From NCBI GenBank assembly GCA_934155265.1, contig CAKPGU010000009.1, forward strand, positions 10,702 to 74,701: DNA of 64,000 nucleotides. Direction: 5' to 3'. The notes below the pieces were generated by a model. The model was not told the origin of the DNA and did no database searches. It worked only from the letters and a program-made list of their open reading frames with translations. The DNA comes from an uncultured Clostridia bacterium (GTDB taxonomy: Bacteria > Bacillota > Clostridia > TANB77 > CAG-508). Of this stretch, positions 1 through 9,121 are shown in pieces. Position 1 is the first letter of the stretch, and the number at the start of each line of letters is the position of its first letter. The position numbers and the translations under genes were made by a program.

Positions 1-621
1 GATGAAACCATAGATAAATTATATAAAGAAATAAAAAGTGATATGGTTGAAAAAGACGTATTTTTAGATAAATTTGAAACAGATGAATTTTCATTAAATT
101 TTGAAAATAGTGATATAAGAGATGATTTATATTATACAGTATTAGAACATAATGTAAAAATGCCAATGCAATATAGTGATACAGTAATAGATAAGGTATA
201 CACTGAAGGAATAATTGCAGAGGATAAACTACAAATTGAATATATATTATTGAGTGTAGTAGCTATCAGAGATATAATAAATGGAAACTTTAAAGATGCA
301 TATATAGCTGAATTTACATGTTCTTTATTTAAGAAAAAACAAAAATTAGAAAGTATATTATCATTAATTAGTAATCAAGCATTACAAGAAAAAATTAGTT
401 TGAATATCACATATTCAGACTATGTTAAAAACCAAAAGAGTGTATTACAATACACTAAAAAAGGTTACGAATTTGTAATTACATTAGATGATTCAATAAA
501 AAGTATTGAGGATGTAGAACGATTAAAAATGTTTAAGATTGTTATAGCCCCAAAAAATATTGCAATGTATAAAGACATAAAAGCTAATAAATCAACATTA
601 AACAATGTTGTTTATAAATAA
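1..621 (+). CDS. hypothetical protein, 5'-partial (frame open to nt 1); paralog of 15828..16826; possible degenerate EAL-like domain
   Basis: No stop in frame from nt 1. Aligns with the C-terminal two thirds of the 15828..16826 product (KMPMQYSDTVIDKVYTEGIIAEDKLQIEYIL vs KFPMEYSELAINKVFNMGITNEDKLVVEYYL; GYEFVITLDDS..LKMFKIVI vs GYRFSLVLDNS..LKMFKFVI). Motif order loosely resembles EAL signatures (E-x-x-E, DDFG-like, K-x-D), but the catalytic residues are not conserved. Confidence 0.5.
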   Translation, partial: DETIDKLYKEIKSDMVEKDVFLDKFETDEFSLNFENSDIRDDLYYTVLEHNVKMPMQYSDTVIDKVYTEGIIAEDKLQIEYILLSVVAIRDIINGNFKDAYIAEFTCSLFKKKQKLESILSLISNQALQEKISLNITYSDYVKNQKSVLQYTKKGYEFVITLDDSIKSIEDVERLKMFKIVIAPKNIAMYKDIKANKSTLNNVVYK

Positions 622-644
622 TTAAGAAAACAGGAGATAGAAAC

Positions 645-2322
645 ATGGAAACATACGGAAGATTTTTATTTGAATTTTTACATCAATTCTTTTCAGGGTT
701 TGGAGAGATATTTGGAGGACTTGGAAAAGGAATATTAAATATATTTAATTTTTCAGCATATTACAATATAGTAAAACATTATGCAAATGATTTCCAACAA
801 TCAGAATGGTTCTTAACAGGACTTGCCATAATTTGCATGCTAGTAGTAGTAGGCTCAATTATTGGTGTAATTATATTCTTTTTAAAGAAACATATAAAAT
901 GGAGAAAGAAAATAATAAATCAAGAGGAATTGTTAAATCAAATTGATAATTTAAATGAGCAAGTAGAAGAACTTGTTGATGAAAAAATGAAATTATTATC
1001 AATGAAAGCACCTGAATTAGGAGTTAATCCTGGACTTAATGCGACATCTGCAACGAGAAATATTACAACAACAGGTGGAGGAGCAGTTGGAGTTGGAATA
1101 GCAACAGGAGCTGCAGGTTCTGCTGTTGGTGGTGCATCTGCCAGAGTTTATGGCGGAGGTGTTGGATTTGGCGGCCGGAGGCGGAGGAGCTTCTGGAGGA
1201 GGTTCTGGCTCAGAAAGTGAAGAACAAGTTGATCCAAATACACAAAGCAGATTCTCAAAACTAACATTAATAGATCAAGAATATGCAAAATACAAACAAA
1301 AAGACTATCACAATTCATTTACATTACCAGAATTTTGTTATATGTTTAGAAACTTTGCAGCAAGCAAATTAAAACTATATTATAGTGAAAAAATGATAAG
1401 ACTATTCGTATCAGCGATAGCATCAACAAAACTAGTAATTCTACAAGGTATATCTGGTACAGGTAAAACATCTATATCATTAGCATGGGGTAACTTTGTA
1501 AAACACCCTTCATGTGTTGCATCAGTACAACCGTCATGGAGGGACAGAACAGATATATTTGGATACTTAAACGAATTCACGAAAAAATTCAATGAAACAG
1601 ACTTCTTAGCATACTTATATGAAGCAGGATATATGGACGAAATATTTACAGTAATATTGGACGAGATGAACTTGGCGCGTGTTGAGTACTACTTTGCAGA
1701 AATGTTATCAATTCTAGAAATGCACAGTACAAAAGACTGGAAAATAGAAGTTGTACAAAGTTCATGGCCATCAGATCCAAAGAAATTAATAAGAGGAAAA
1801 TTACAAATTCCACCAAATGCATGGTACATAGGAACAATCAACAACGACGACTCTACATTCATGGTAACAGATAAGGTATACGATAGAGCGATGCCGATAG
1901 ACATCAACGAAAAAGGTATAGCATTTGAACCAGATGATGTTGATGCAATAGATGTAAACTATTCATACTTAAATGGATTATTTGATAAAGCAATGACTGA
2001 TTATGCAATATCAGCAGCAACATTAAAGAAAATAGACGACATGGATAACTATACAATCAAACACTTCAGAGTTGCATTTGGTAACCGTATTGTAAAACAC
2101 ATGAGAAAATTCGTACCAGTATATGTAGCTTGTGGTGGAGACGAAACAGAAGCAGTAGACTATTTCATGGCTAAAAAGGTTTTAAGAAAATTTGAAGGAT
2201 TAAACTTAGCATTAATTAGAGATGAAATTGATGGATACATAGACTTCTTGGACAAGAATTTTGGAAAAGGCAAAATGAGCGAATGTATAGAATTTTTATT
2301 AAGACTTAAAAAGATGTCTTAA
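645..2322 (+). pseudogene. membrane-anchored coiled-coil McrB-family AAA+ GTPase, disrupted by a +1 frameshift near nt 1171-1180 (ORFs 645..1220 and 1126..2322)
   Basis: The two overlapping ORFs together are collinear with the intact 507-aa paralog 16840..18363. N-terminal hydrophobic helix (LAIICMLVVVGSIIGVIIFF). Coiled coil (EELLNQIDNLNEQVEELVDEKMKLL). Gly-rich linker. Walker A VILQGISGTGKTS. McrB-type Walker B/sensor ILDEMNLARVEYYFAEMLSILE. N-x-x-D motif IGTINNDDS. Distal motif DKVYDRAMPIDI. The frame switch lies in GGCGGCCGGAGGCGGAGG. Confidence 0.7.
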
Positions 2323-2325
2323 AAT

Positions 2326-2396
2326 TTTGTACCGGGTACAAAATGTTATTTTTGGTAAAAATTGTAAAAAAGTGCAAAATGTACCCGGTCCAAAAT
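2326..2396. repeat. REP-A element (TGTACCGGGTACA ... TGTACCCGGTCC, inverted pair)
   Basis: Core GGACCGGGTACA / TGTACCCGGTCC shared with at least 9 other intergenic sites in the window. Lies downstream of the McrB-like pseudogene. Confidence 0.8.
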
Positions 2397-2421
2397 TACC
2401 AAATGGAAGGAAAGAGGAAAA

Positions 2422-3543
2422 ATGGACTTAAATATTACAAAATTAGCAACTTTAGATGATGGAAAATCAAATGAATTCCTTAGTAAAGTTGATTCGAAAT
2501 TAATGATGGATGTCAGCAAAAATCAAATTGTTGAGAATGACGAATGGATGGACATGCTTGAATTTTCAATTCCGTATATTGAAAAGGCTTTAATAAAAGG
2601 TATTAAAAATATTGTTACAGAAGAGGAAATTATTAAAATAGAATTAATTAAAAAGGTAACAGTTGAAAGTGTAAAGCATTTATCTAAAAATGTTAACTTT
2701 GTTGATAGATATAACCAAAAAACAGGTGAAGTTATTCCTAAAAAGATATTAAATGCATATAAGGAAGAAACTTTTATTAATTATGAAAATAGATTTTTAT
2801 ACAGTTTAATAAAATTAATTGAAGATTACATGTATTTGCGTGAAAAGGATCAAGAGAGTGAGTATAAAGGAAAAAATACTCAAAAAGCTGATTATCAAGC
2901 TGAAATAAAATTGAAAAAAGAAAAGGTTAAAGTAAATTTAAATTATGTTACAGAAGCATCTACAGATTTAAGGAAATCAAATAAAACAGCCGAAAGAATA
3001 CAAAATATAAAAAAATCTTTAAAAATGTTAAAATCAACAGAACTATATCAAATATTAGATTCTAAAAGAATTATACTTGTAAAAGCACCTTTAAAAATGA
3101 CTAATGTTTTATTAAAAAATGTTAATTTCCAATATGCAGTTAAATTATGGAATTATCTAAGTGAACAGATGGAAATAAAAGATAAGTCTACAAAGATGAA
3201 TAAAGAATATGAAGAAAAGGGTATGGCAAAAACACTTGTTGATGAAGATGTTTATTTGATGCACTTGATTTTTAAAAGTAATAATGTACAACAACAATTA
3301 AAAGGTCAAAAGAAAAGTGCCATAGAAGATAAGAATACACGTAAAGAATTAACAGATGCAATGATTGAAAAAATTATAGAGCTAAATCCAGATTTGTCAG
3401 ATAAAGAATTGAAACAGATGATTATGGATAAGCTTGTTGTTATGAAGACTAGAAAAGTAATTTCTCTAAAACCGATAGAAGATAGATTTAAAGAAAGAAT
3501 TGACAAATATATGGTACAGGCGAAAGAAGTGAGGTTAAAATAA
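2422..3543 (+). CDS. lysine-rich hypothetical protein in the McrC position (partner of the McrB-like GTPase); paralog of 18388..19524
   Basis: Encoded immediately downstream of the McrB-like gene in both modules. Blocks conserved between paralogs: EEEI-KIE..KV-VE-VKHLSKN-NF; KEET..YENR; Y-ILD....LVK-P..KTN..LKNV-FQY. No convincing PD-(D/E)xK nuclease motif was seen. Confidence 0.45.
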   Translation: MDLNITKLATLDDGKSNEFLSKVDSKLMMDVSKNQIVENDEWMDMLEFSIPYIEKALIKGIKNIVTEEEIIKIELIKKVTVESVKHLSKNVNFVDRYNQKTGEVIPKKILNAYKEETFINYENRFLYSLIKLIEDYMYLREKDQESEYKGKNTQKADYQAEIKLKKEKVKVNLNYVTEASTDLRKSNKTAERIQNIKKSLKMLKSTELYQILDSKRIILVKAPLKMTNVLLKNVNFQYAVKLWNYLSEQMEIKDKSTKMNKEYEEKGMAKTLVDEDVYLMHLIFKSNNVQQQLKGQKKSAIEDKNTRKELTDAMIEKIIELNPDLSDKELKQMIMDKLVVMKTRKVISLKPIEDRFKERIDKYMVQAKEVRLK

Positions 3544-4170
3544 ATGGAAGAGAACCAAGGAAAAAATGAAGAAGTAGAGATAGAGGCAAGTAATGTACAG
3601 AGTAAAAGACAAAGTTATAAAAGGAAAAGTGTTGCAAAAAAAATATGGAATATATTTATGAAAATAGTAACAGTTATAATAGCAATTATTTCAATAATAA
3701 TTGTTGTGCAAAAAGTAACAAACAATAAAGAATCATTTTTTGGATATAGAATCTTTAGGGTACAAACAGGAAGTATGATTCCTAAGTATCAAATTGGTGA
3801 TGTTATATTAGTTAAAGCAAAGGATATAGACAAAATTAAAGTTGGTGATGATGTAACATACTTAGGTAAAGAAGGGGTTGTAAAAGGAATATTAATAACC
3901 CATAGGGTTAAAAGTATAGAAGAAATAGATGGACAAAAGGCATTCCATACACAAGGTATTGCCAATAATCTAGAAGATCCGATAGTATATGGTGACCAAA
4001 TTAATGGTGTAGTCCAATTCAAAATGTTTTTCTTAACACTTATTTGCAGAATGCTTAACAATAAATATATATTCTATTTCTGTGGTATATTACCTTTAAC
4101 TATATATGTATTTTTCAGAGTTTTTAAAAATAGTCGTGACAAATACGAAAAAAGAATTGAAAAAGATTAA
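3544..4170 (+). CDS. sipW: signal peptidase I, Sec11/SipW type (S26B)
   Basis: N-terminal TM. Ser motif TGSMIPKYQIGDVILVK. His motif LITHRV (Ser-His dyad type as in Sec11/SipW). C-terminal TM. Start codon abuts the stop of 2422..3543 (TAAATG). Confidence 0.75.
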   Translation: MEENQGKNEEVEIEASNVQSKRQSYKRKSVAKKIWNIFMKIVTVIIAIISIIIVVQKVTNNKESFFGYRIFRVQTGSMIPKYQIGDVILVKAKDIDKIKVGDDVTYLGKEGVVKGILITHRVKSIEEIDGQKAFHTQGIANNLEDPIVYGDQINGVVQFKMFFLTLICRMLNNKYIFYFCGILPLTIYVFFRVFKNSRDKYEKRIEKD

Positions 4171-4193
4171 ATTCGAAAGGATTAATAAAACAA

Positions 4194-4865
4194 ATGAAAG
4201 AAAAAACTAAATTAAGAATAATACAAATAATGTGTATTATATCAATATTAATTACAATTTTTTCTATCCAAAGAACATATGCAAAATATTTTGAAAAGGT
4301 TGATACAAGATATCAAACAAACATAAAAAGATGGTTAATCAATGTCAATACATATAATATACATGAAATGAGTGAACTTAACCAAGTTATGCAGCCTGTT
4401 ATAGTTGATGATGAAAATATGAACAACAATAATACTTTAGTTCCAGGAAGAAAAGGATATTTTGAAATGCTTATAGATTATTCAGCTGTAGATTTAGCAT
4501 TTGAATATGAGTTCTATATAGAACAATTGAATAATAATCCATTAGAAGATTTTGAAATATATGGATATGAAGTTATTGATGCAGATGGTACTTCAACTGT
4601 AACAGAAACAAAAGAAATAAAAGGTGTAATAGATCCAACAACAGAAGTTGACAGCAATGGAGATAAAAAAAGAGAAATAAGAGTATTGTTTAGATGGAAT
4701 GATGAAAATGCTGATACAGCAGATAGTGCATCTGCAGAAGGAATGAACAATCTTGAAGATACCCAATTTAGAGGAGAAACTGATACATCTGCTGATGCAG
4801 ATGGTTTACATACAGTTTTAAATTATAAAGCAACAATGAAATTTGCACAATATATTGCTGGTTAA
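4194..4865 (+). CDS. secreted protein with N-terminal signal-anchor (YAKYF variant of the SipW-cognate-like motif); paralog of 20759..21457(-)
   Basis: TM helix ILITIFSIQRTYAKYFEK followed by the conserved KRWLINVN / ARWNISVN block shared with the minus-strand paralog. Acidic C-terminal half. Confidence 0.55.
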   Translation: MKEKTKLRIIQIMCIISILITIFSIQRTYAKYFEKVDTRYQTNIKRWLINVNTYNIHEMSELNQVMQPVIVDDENMNNNNTLVPGRKGYFEMLIDYSAVDLAFEYEFYIEQLNNNPLEDFEIYGYEVIDADGTSTVTETKEIKGVIDPTTEVDSNGDKKREIRVLFRWNDENADTADSASAEGMNNLEDTQFRGETDTSADADGLHTVLNYKATMKFAQYIAG

Positions 4866-4870
4866 AAAAT

Positions 4871-4940
4871 GGACCGGGTACAAAATGCTATTTTTGTTAA
4901 AAAATGTAAAAAAATGCAAAATGGACCGGGTACAAAATTA
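4871..4940. repeat. REP-A element (direct pair GGACCGGGTACA x2)
   Basis: About 85% identical over ~70 bp to the 2326-2396 element, including the internal AAAATG(C/T)TATTTTTG(G/T)TAAAAA..TGCAAAATG. Confidence 0.8.
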
Positions 4941-5091
4941 CCACGGAGGTGAGTTATATGGAAATAAAAAATATTAAAACATCAAAATTAGATAATAAAG
5001 AATTATTAGAAGTACAAAAACAAGTGGAAAGTTTTCTAAAGTTTTTAAATAGCGAATATGACACAGTAAAGAAATTAGAGGAGGAAAATTC

Positions 5092-6714
5092 ATGAAAGAA
5101 TTAGTAGAAAGTATAGGAAAACAGATTGATACAGATAAAGAAGTAATAAATATTTTACCAAGAAATGGGATTAAAGCAATAAAAACTTTATTAGAAACAA
5201 TTCAAGAAATGACTGCTAAATATGAATACGTGAATGAAATGCTATTAAAAGACATAGAAAATAGATTTGATGAACTCACTGCAGTTGAGGAAAATGACGA
5301 GATTCCAAAGATTGAAACAGATATTTTAAAGTATAATGATGCTGTTAAAAATACTGAAGATTGCTCTTCTTATGAAAAAATGGGTCTTGACAAAATTACA
5401 TATAATGTAAATGGATATTATAAAAGTAATCTAGAAAGATTAAATAAAGAGTTAATTGATTGTGTGAAACGTTTTGAAAATGTTGGGATAAAATTGTCAG
5501 CTGATGATTTTAATATAAGTGAATATTCAAAAGAATATATGGAAGTGTTATTACAAGAAGCACAAGATGGTCAAATTAACTCAGAAAGAATTAAAGATGC
5601 TTTTGAAAAAGTATATTGGAAGTGTTCAGAAGTTGTTTCCCATTTATATGTAAATATAAGATATATTTACGATAAATATGAAAGTGAAATAGATAAGTTC
5701 TACCAAAATAAATCTGAAGAAATTTTACAAGATTTTAATACAACAGCTGAACAGATTGAAAATAAAAGAACAGAGCTAATTAAACAAAAAAAGAAATTAG
5801 AGGATATTGATGATAAAATTATTCTTGACAAATTTTATACTGGTAGCTTAAATATAAACGACTATAAAGGAGATAATTACAAAAGAATGTATTCAGAGCT
5901 AATTTCTAAAGAAATTTCAGAATTATCAGAAGATGAAAAGGATGAGATGGATGAGAACATAGAGAAATTAGACAACAATTTAGGAGAATATTCAAAATAT
6001 TGTGAATATAGATTCTTAGTTGATGGTGTATTAAATATAAGAGCTGAAGAATTGAAAAAAGCAGAAGCTAATAAAGATAAGAAAGTTAAGAAAACAGAAT
6101 ATGATATAATGAAAGAAAATATCAAAAAATTAACTGGAGATATATTTAAGACAAATGAAAAATTGGACAAGCCAGTAAAAAAAGGATTTTTTAGAAGAAA
6201 GAGCTCAAATGATAAGAAAAACACAGCTGTAATATTACAAAGAAATAATTTAGTTTTAGATTTGAAAAAATTATACATGGAATTAGATGATGAAATTTTA
6301 AGACAAAATATTTTAAGAAGTATTGATGAAACATCATCATTATTAGATGTATTAAAGCTTGCAAGCAATTATTATGGATTTATGGCAAAATCTATGATTA
6401 AGAAAAATGAAGAAATTACTGATAAGGAAATTGGTGAATTAGCAAAAGAAATTAGAGATTTTATTAATTTTTCAAATTTCACAGTAATCAATTATGTAAA
6501 AATAAGTGATACTAAAGATTTAGCTGTTATTATAAAAGATAAGTACAAATTGTTTGGATTACAAGTTTCTAAGGAGAATTTCCAAGAAGATAATGTTGAA
6601 GATTTGATTAGAAGGGTCAAATTAATTACAAATTATAATAACATTTTAAAAACTAAATTCTCAATAGAAGATTTGGAATATATTACAACAGTTAAAGAAA
6701 TGCTAAAGAAATAA
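5092..6714 (+). CDS. coiled-coil cytoplasmic hypothetical protein (540 aa); paralog of 23927..25489
   Basis: Shared blocks SYEKMGLDKITY / SYEKMGLDRAIF, EKVYWKC / EEIYWKC, IIIKDKYKLF / IIIKDRYKLL. No TM segment. Strong RBS GAGGAGG upstream. Confidence 0.55.
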   Translation: MKELVESIGKQIDTDKEVINILPRNGIKAIKTLLETIQEMTAKYEYVNEMLLKDIENRFDELTAVEENDEIPKIETDILKYNDAVKNTEDCSSYEKMGLDKITYNVNGYYKSNLERLNKELIDCVKRFENVGIKLSADDFNISEYSKEYMEVLLQEAQDGQINSERIKDAFEKVYWKCSEVVSHLYVNIRYIYDKYESEIDKFYQNKSEEILQDFNTTAEQIENKRTELIKQKKKLEDIDDKIILDKFYTGSLNINDYKGDNYKRMYSELISKEISELSEDEKDEMDENIEKLDNNLGEYSKYCEYRFLVDGVLNIRAEELKKAEANKDKKVKKTEYDIMKENIKKLTGDIFKTNEKLDKPVKKGFFRRKSSNDKKNTAVILQRNNLVLDLKKLYMELDDEILRQNILRSIDETSSLLDVLKLASNYYGFMAKSMIKKNEEITDKEIGELAKEIRDFINFSNFTVINYVKISDTKDLAVIIKDKYKLFGLQVSKENFQEDNVEDLIRRVKLITNYNNILKTKFSIEDLEYITTVKEMLKK

Positions 6715-6721
6715 ATGTAAG

Positions 6722-7339
6722 GTGAGGTTCAAATTGAAATATGATGTAGAAAAAATTTCTAATAAAATTAAAAATAAAAAGATGACAAAAAAAATAATTA
6801 AGTATATAATACTTATTGCATTAATAATTCTTTTTATAATTAATTTAATATTATCATTTGAAGAAAATACGCATATTTTAGGAATTTATATGTTTAATAT
6901 AATTTCTGAAAGTATGGAACCAACTTTTTATAAAGACGACTTAGTTGTGGTAAGAAAATGTAGTGAAAAAGAATTAAAGAAAGGTGATATTATTACATTT
7001 AAACAAGATGATAGAATCATATCACACAGAATTGACGGGATTACAAAAGAAAAAGGAGAGGTAAAATTTATTACAAAAGGTGATAATAACGAAGTACGAG
7101 ATCAAGAACTGGTGGAAGTACAAGATATTTACGGAAAAGTTTTATTTAGTATAAAAGATGTTGGTAAAGTTATCCACTATATACAAAATGCAAGAGGATT
7201 TATCAATATTGTAATGTTTATAATAATATTATTTGTTTTGATTAGTTTGAGGGATAATCAAAAAAATAGTAGAAAGATAAAGAGAAAAAAATATGAAATA
7301 AAGAAAATAAGGGATAGTTACCATCGGGGACACCCATAA
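6722..7339 (+). CDS. sipW: signal peptidase I, Sec11/SipW type (S26B)
   Basis: TM helix, then SESMEPTFYKDDLVVVRK (Ser motif) and IISHRIDG (His motif). C-terminal TM. The last ~7 codons are encoded by the 35-bp repeat array starting at 7318. Confidence 0.7.
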   Translation: MRFKLKYDVEKISNKIKNKKMTKKIIKYIILIALIILFIINLILSFEENTHILGIYMFNIISESMEPTFYKDDLVVVRKCSEKELKKGDIITFKQDDRIISHRIDGITKEKGEVKFITKGDNNEVRDQELVEVQDIYGKVLFSIKDVGKVIHYIQNARGFINIVMFIIILFVLISLRDNQKNSRKIKRKKYEIKKIRDSYHRGHP

Positions 7340-7450
7340 CTGGTAAAGAAACTTACCAGTAGGGACACCCTTAATCATGGAAACGTTGTAAGGGGTGTCC
7401 CCAGTGGTAAAAAAATTTACCATAAATGGGTGTCCCCGGTGGTAAAAAGA
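7318..7450. repeat. REP-C 35-bp unit array in palindromic arrangement (2 reverse + 2 forward units)
   Basis: Units GGGGTGTCCCCAGTGGTAAAAAAATTTACCATAAA and their reverse complement (GGGGACACCC..TGGTAAAGAAACTTACCA). Located between two sipW paralogs. Encodes the C-terminus of 6722..7339. Confidence 0.8.
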
Positions 7451-7461
7451 GGTAGAAAAGT

Positions 7462-8169
7462 ATGAAGAAAGTTGTAAAGATAGTGTCTAAGATAGCATAT
7501 CAAATACTGGTGGTATTGTGTTTGTTAGTTGCTGCTATAATTATTTTTCAGAAAATTTCAGATAGTAATAAGTCAATTGCCGGATATAGAATATTTAGGG
7601 TTATTACAGGAAGTATGGAGCCTGAATATGATGTTGGCGAAGTTGTTGTTAGTAAGGAAGTAGATCCTAAAACTATAAAAGTTGGAGACGACATTGTGTA
7701 TTCAGGTACATATGGTGAATATAATGGCAAAATAATAATGCACTCTGTTATTGCAATTGATACAGATCAAAATGGTAACTTAAATTTCCATGCAAAAGGA
7801 TTACATAGTTCAAGTATGGAAGACCCTCAAATTAAAGCAAGTCAAATATATGGTGTTGTTATATTTAAATCTAAAATATTAACAGTATTATATAAATTGG
7901 CTACAAATATATATTCATTATTTATTATTATTAGTGTTTTAGTTTTAAATGTATTTATTTCTTTTAGAATGTCTGTAAAACAAAAAATGGAGCAATTAGC
8001 TGAAGCTAATGATGCTGAAGAAGATGATAATAATATGAATTACGAAAATTTAGATGATGAAAGTAATTATGAAGATGAAGATGACGATAACGAAGAACAA
8101 GAAGAATATAATGGCGAAATAGATGAAACAGATGACACAGAAAGTGAATCAGATGACGAAGATGAGTAA
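7462..8169 (+). CDS. sipW: signal peptidase I, Sec11/SipW type, with poly-acidic C-terminal tail
   Basis: ITGSMEPEYDVGEVVV (Ser motif). IIMHSV (His). C-terminal TM followed by a ~60-aa D/E-rich tail (EDDNNMNYENLDDESNYEDEDDDNEEQEEY...). Confidence 0.7.
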   Translation: MKKVVKIVSKIAYQILVVLCLLVAAIIIFQKISDSNKSIAGYRIFRVITGSMEPEYDVGEVVVSKEVDPKTIKVGDDIVYSGTYGEYNGKIIMHSVIAIDTDQNGNLNFHAKGLHSSSMEDPQIKASQIYGVVIFKSKILTVLYKLATNIYSLFIIISVLVLNVFISFRMSVKQKMEQLAEANDAEEDDNNMNYENLDDESNYEDEDDDNEEQEEYNGEIDETDDTESESDDEDE

Positions 8170-8212
8170 AATATAACACTTTTTTAGATTCAAAAGATAG
8201 AATGGAGGATTT

Positions 8213-8923
8213 ATGAATATATTACGTGAATTCAGGCGTGCTACGAAAAGAAGTATAGCAACTAGAATTAGATTAATCTTGCTATTTTCTGTAATATTAA
8301 TAGTAAATACCTATGCATGGTGGAGTGCTACTAAAGATGTTAAGTTAAGCTCTCTAGACGGAGATGTAACATCTTGGGATGTATCCTACTATGTTAATGA
8401 AGATGAAAATGAAATTCTGGATCAAACAGCAATTTTTACAATAGATGAATTATATCCGGGAATGCCAGAAAGAGAAGATGTTGCTCATATATATAATATT
8501 GGAAAAACTGGAACTATTATTAAGTATGAATTGCTATCAGTAAAAATTTTTGGAGAAGAGGTTTTAGATGATTTAAAGGCAAATGGTTCAATTACTACAG
8601 ATGGGAATACAACACATATTTTTTCTGATGATACAAAATATCCATTTAATATAAGTTACACATTTGACAAGGATAGATTATCAGGTAAATATGTTAGTAC
8701 CGAGGCAACTCCAAATGCTGAAGCAACTTTTAAATATAATTTAAGTTGGGATTATGAGGCTGGTAGTACTGATGCAGAAAAATTACAAAGAGATACTATT
8801 GATACGGTATTTGGAAAAAATGCATATAAGTTCTATCAAAATTCTGATAATGATTCAAATAAGGCAATAGAAATATATGTAAAAATAACAAGCTCAATAA
8901 ATAGAGCAGATAAAGGTGAATAA
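8213..8923 (+). CDS. secreted protein with SipW-cognate-like signal peptide (..NTYAWWSATKD); paralog of 20140..20751
   Basis: Signal-anchor RLILLFSVILIVNTYAWWSAT. Shared YPGMPERED / YPGMERFEK block and C-terminal blocks with 20140..20751. GGAGG RBS. Confidence 0.6.
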   Translation: MNILREFRRATKRSIATRIRLILLFSVILIVNTYAWWSATKDVKLSSLDGDVTSWDVSYYVNEDENEILDQTAIFTIDELYPGMPEREDVAHIYNIGKTGTIIKYELLSVKIFGEEVLDDLKANGSITTDGNTTHIFSDDTKYPFNISYTFDKDRLSGKYVSTEATPNAEATFKYNLSWDYEAGSTDAEKLQRDTIDTVFGKNAYKFYQNSDNDSNKAIEIYVKITSSINRADKGE

Positions 8924-8984
8924 AAATAATAAGGCGAAAAATCGCTTTAAATAAAGGTTTTATAATAAATAGAAACACTCAAAT

Positions 8985-9072
8985 ATTACATTTGTGTTAC
9001 AAAAATGTGAACGTTTTGTAACATAAATGTAATGAAAAAAATGTTGACAAAAATCTAAAGTCTAAGTATAAT
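8985..9072 (+). promoter_or_regulatory. consensus sigma-A-type promoter (TTGACA-17-TATAAT) preceded by a 19-20-bp inverted-repeat operator
   Basis: TTGACA 9044-9049, 17-nt spacer, TATAAT 9067-9072. Inverted repeat ATTACATTTGTGTTACAAAA (8985-9004) / TTTTGTAACATAAATGTAAT (9014-9033), 19/20 complementary. About 50 nt upstream of the 9122 CDS. Confidence 0.6.
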
Positions 9073-9121
9073 GTTAATAGATTGTTGAATAAAAATATTT
9101 TTTGAAGAACCAGGTGAAAAT

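Noticed and set aside
2422-3543. Calling the partner protein McrC
   Set aside because: Only positional analogy supports this. No PD-(D/E)xK motif or recognisable McrC N-terminal domain could be identified by eye. Left as hypothetical.
4194-4865. Direct annotation of the secreted proteins as TasA or camelysin (peptidase M73)
   Set aside because: Only the signal-peptide class motif is similar. The mature regions show no recognisable similarity to TasA/CalY that I can assert without a profile search.
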